Position numbers and translations under genes: made by a program. From NCBI GenBank assembly GCA_000002445.1, contig CH464491.1:3552001-3616000 (forward strand): a stretch of 64,000 bases of DNA. Direction: 5' to 3'. Within the stretch, counting starts at the first letter, position 1. Each line of letters opens with the position of its first letter. This document shows positions 61,969 through 64,000 of this stretch, piece by piece. The DNA is from Trypanosoma brucei (Eukaryota). The notes beneath the pieces are model-generated. The model had not been told where the DNA came from, ran no database searches, and saw nothing but the letters and a program-made list of their open reading frames with translations.

Positions 61969-62790
61969 AGTCTGGTTCCATAATAGTGTTGCTTCGCTTT
62001 CTTTTTATTCGAACCTATCAATTAGAAAATTCATATTCGCCACTTTTAGTTGCTCGGTGCACCTGAAGTTTAAATACATGCTCTCGTATGATTCTTCGCT
62101 TGTATTATATTATATGTTTACTTCTCGCTTCTTTTGCCTTTCTTTTTTCTTTTTTAAAAAAGCCTTTTTCAGGGAGCTGTAATGCACTTATGCCGGGGCG
62201 GTTACGTTTGCTCCTGCGGGCGGCTGATGTGCCCCGGATGTTCTAGGTTGTGTCTTGCCTGCAACCAGCTGGTATGTGCCAACTGCATCCCACTCACGAT
62301 GACCCACTGCTTGCGGTGTTCCCTGGCTTACATACGTAATACTCGTTGCCAGATGTGATTATTAACCCTTCATTGGGCTTGCCGGTTCGTGCTCGCAGAG
62401 AACTTACATTTGTATCACCTTCGTTCATGGTGAGACATCTCTTTCACTTACGCCCCCCTGCTTTTCATCCCCCTTAGCGCCTTCTCCCTTCTCCCATTTA
62501 CTTCGGCCTCTGGTTGCTCTACCCTCATTATTGTCTCCAAACTCGTGCTTAACCACTGTTCACCGGATAGTACACTGTATTGGTGCGCTGTAATGCTTCG
62601 TTGCCACTCTAACTCTGGAGAACGAGGTGCGACTGTGGTGGGAGTCCATTTTAGGTGATTAGGGAAGATGTTATGGAGAAATATCTCTCGATGCCTGCTT
62701 CCCCAAGCGAAGTACACTTCCTTCACAGTCCAGTCAACATACACCCTTTCCCTCGGGAAACGCTCTGCACCCTGGGGGGAGGAGAAGAGA

Positions 62791-63096
62791 ATGCCGACAC
62801 TGCTCATTGATGCACCGAAACCAGAGGCGCTGTCATGTGGAACAGGACAACCCGCCCAGCGTGGACGTCGAAAGCCGTTAGTATGGAAGCGAAGACACCC
62901 ATGGTTTGACAGGCAGTGGTCCTTGGATCTGAAGCGTGTGAAGAAGGGACCCTCAACTCCCCAATTCCCAGAAGGTGTGCCCTTCACGCAAATAAGGTCG
63001 TTTCAATCCTTTGCGGGGAGATCATGGAAAATTAATGCCGGCCGCCGGAGGAAGATCCGGCTTTCACTTAAGCGGGGACGTCGGAAGCTGTTGTGA
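62791..63096 (+). CDS. Small very basic protein (~101 aa from internal ATG; tool ORF starts 62668); C-terminus weakly bL34-like
   Basis: Plus-strand ORF in the plus cluster. C-terminus SFAGRSWKINAGRRRKIRLSLKRGRRKLL resembles ribosomal bL34 (..[28 protein letters not shown]). An overlapping minus ORF 62448..62987 is antisense to the cluster and is disfavoured. Confidence 0.3.
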   Translation: MPTLLIDAPKPEALSCGTGQPAQRGRRKPLVWKRRHPWFDRQWSLDLKRVKKGPSTPQFPEGVPFTQIRSFQSFAGRSWKINAGRRRKIRLSLKRGRRKLL

Positions 63097-64000
63097 GTGT
63101 CTCCCTCCGCTCCATGGTCGCGCGTATTTTATTCAGGGTATGTGGGTCATGCGGTAGAGGTGCCTACCGTAGTGAAAAGACGTTCGCTGTCGTTCGTTGA
63201 TACGCTTTTTCTCTGTTGTCACTTCGTGTTTTCTCAATCGCGATCGCGTTTCATGATTGGTAACATTTCTACATACCTGCCATTTTTGTTCTCAAGGGGT
63301 GAAAGCAAGGAATGCACACGCGAGCATTCTCCATCATTCATATTTCGCCTCATTGTCAATAGGGGATTACCATGTCTGATGCGCCATCCGCGGTGATGCC
63401 GTTGCGTTTAATGTGACAAAGCGGGTTGACAATTCTCTCATTCTCTGTTTCCCACTTTCGTTTTTCCACTTCGATTTTGATCATTGCTGCGCAGGGGATC
63501 TGACAATATATACCGTTGCAGTTTTGGAGATGATGAGCAGGTGCGTGAGCTGGTCCCCTTTTTGACGTTTTCCACCGTTACCGACTTCCCCTTCGTATAT
63601 CTGTGTGACACCTAGTGTGGAAGTATTTCCGATATCGTTGTAGATATTTTTTAAAGACAGTCTTGTGTACACCTACCAATTGTCTCTCTTCCCGTCCACA
63701 TGAGCTGCGCCCGTGTTCTTTTAGGCGCCGGCTCGGGGTAGTAGTACCTGTTGTGTTCTATTGTGATGCATTACCGTAATTCATCTTGCCCTTTGAGTGT
63801 TTACCAACTGCTTGCTTTCGGGCGGTGAAGTCTCTCAACGGCGTAAAAAAAAAGAAAGGAACAAGATTTTCTGTCTGTGGTAAATATTGTTTAGTTTCTG
63901 GAATTTATGGGATGTTTGGCAGCAGAATGGTTTCTTTTTCTCACTGCAGCTTATTTGAATATGCCTCATACGACCTGAGCGGTCATACACCATGTGGAAC

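Noticed and set aside
62448-62987. Minus-strand ORF 62448..62987 (179 aa)
   Set aside because: It is antisense to the plus-strand cluster and overlaps a plus-sense small basic ORF. No motifs recognised. Disfavoured but not excluded.
63927-64000. Possible plus-strand gene start (ATGGTTTCTTTTTCTCACTGC...) running off the right edge
   Set aside because: Only ~24 codons are visible. That is too little to tell from chance.
1-64000. Bacterial-type systems: CRISPR arrays, IS elements, operons, phage defence islands
   Set aside because: Sequence is eukaryotic (kinetoplastid). It shows long monocistron-free directional clusters, polypyrimidine/AG trans-splice signals and characteristic genes (JBP1, GRESAG4-type cyclase). 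No direct-repeat/spacer arrays or terminal inverted repeats with transposase ORFs were seen.

Overview
This window reads as a trypanosomatid (Trypanosoma brucei-group) chromosomal segment arranged as two divergent polycistronic gene clusters. Every credible long ORF left of ~40 kb is on the minus strand; every one right of ~44.3 kb is on the plus strand. A ~4.2 kb ORF-free divergent strand-switch region (SSR) separates the two clusters.

Recognisable genes (minus cluster, then plus cluster):
- J-binding protein 1 (JBP1), 839 aa; Tet/JBP-like thymidine hydroxylase with the HxD...H Fe/2OG signature
- COQ4
- a SET-domain methyltransferase
- a DnaJ protein
- two tandem rhodanese-domain paralogs
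- cytochrome b5
- an LRR (RNI-like) protein
- an RIIa/EF-hand protein
- an F-box polytopic membrane protein
- several large hypothetical/coiled-coil proteins
- ornithine decarboxylase, 445 aa with no C-terminal PEST tail (T. brucei-type, [17 protein letters not shown]...)
- a receptor-type adenylate cyclase (GRESAG4/ESAG4 family)
- a Rab4-like GTPase
- CDC50/LEM3
- profilin

Caveat on the ORF track: it reports TTG/GTG/CTG-initiated ORFs as 'M'. Several N-termini were therefore trimmed to the first ATG, moving in codon steps from the tool's coordinates. One or two single-nucleotide discrepancies between the ORF track and my reading of the displayed sequence could not be resolved. Treat the affected coordinates as good to about +/-3 nt. 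The affected start coordinates are 9618 and 15908.

No bacterial-type features (CRISPR, IS elements, operons) are present. No tRNA, rRNA or snRNA could be supported.

The most interesting non-coding structure is the SSR. Its two arms carry mirror-image G+T strand asymmetry, so each coding strand is GT-rich pointing away from the switch point at ~42.5 kb. The arms also carry G15, G10 and C8 homopolymers. This is what a bidirectional RNA pol II start region with GT-rich promoters would look like. A second, similar G/T-rich island (~55.3-57.2 kb) sits inside an unusually long 5.7 kb ORF-poor gap within the plus-strand cluster. Alternative readings of that island are an internal transcription start, a degenerate element or a ncRNA locus.
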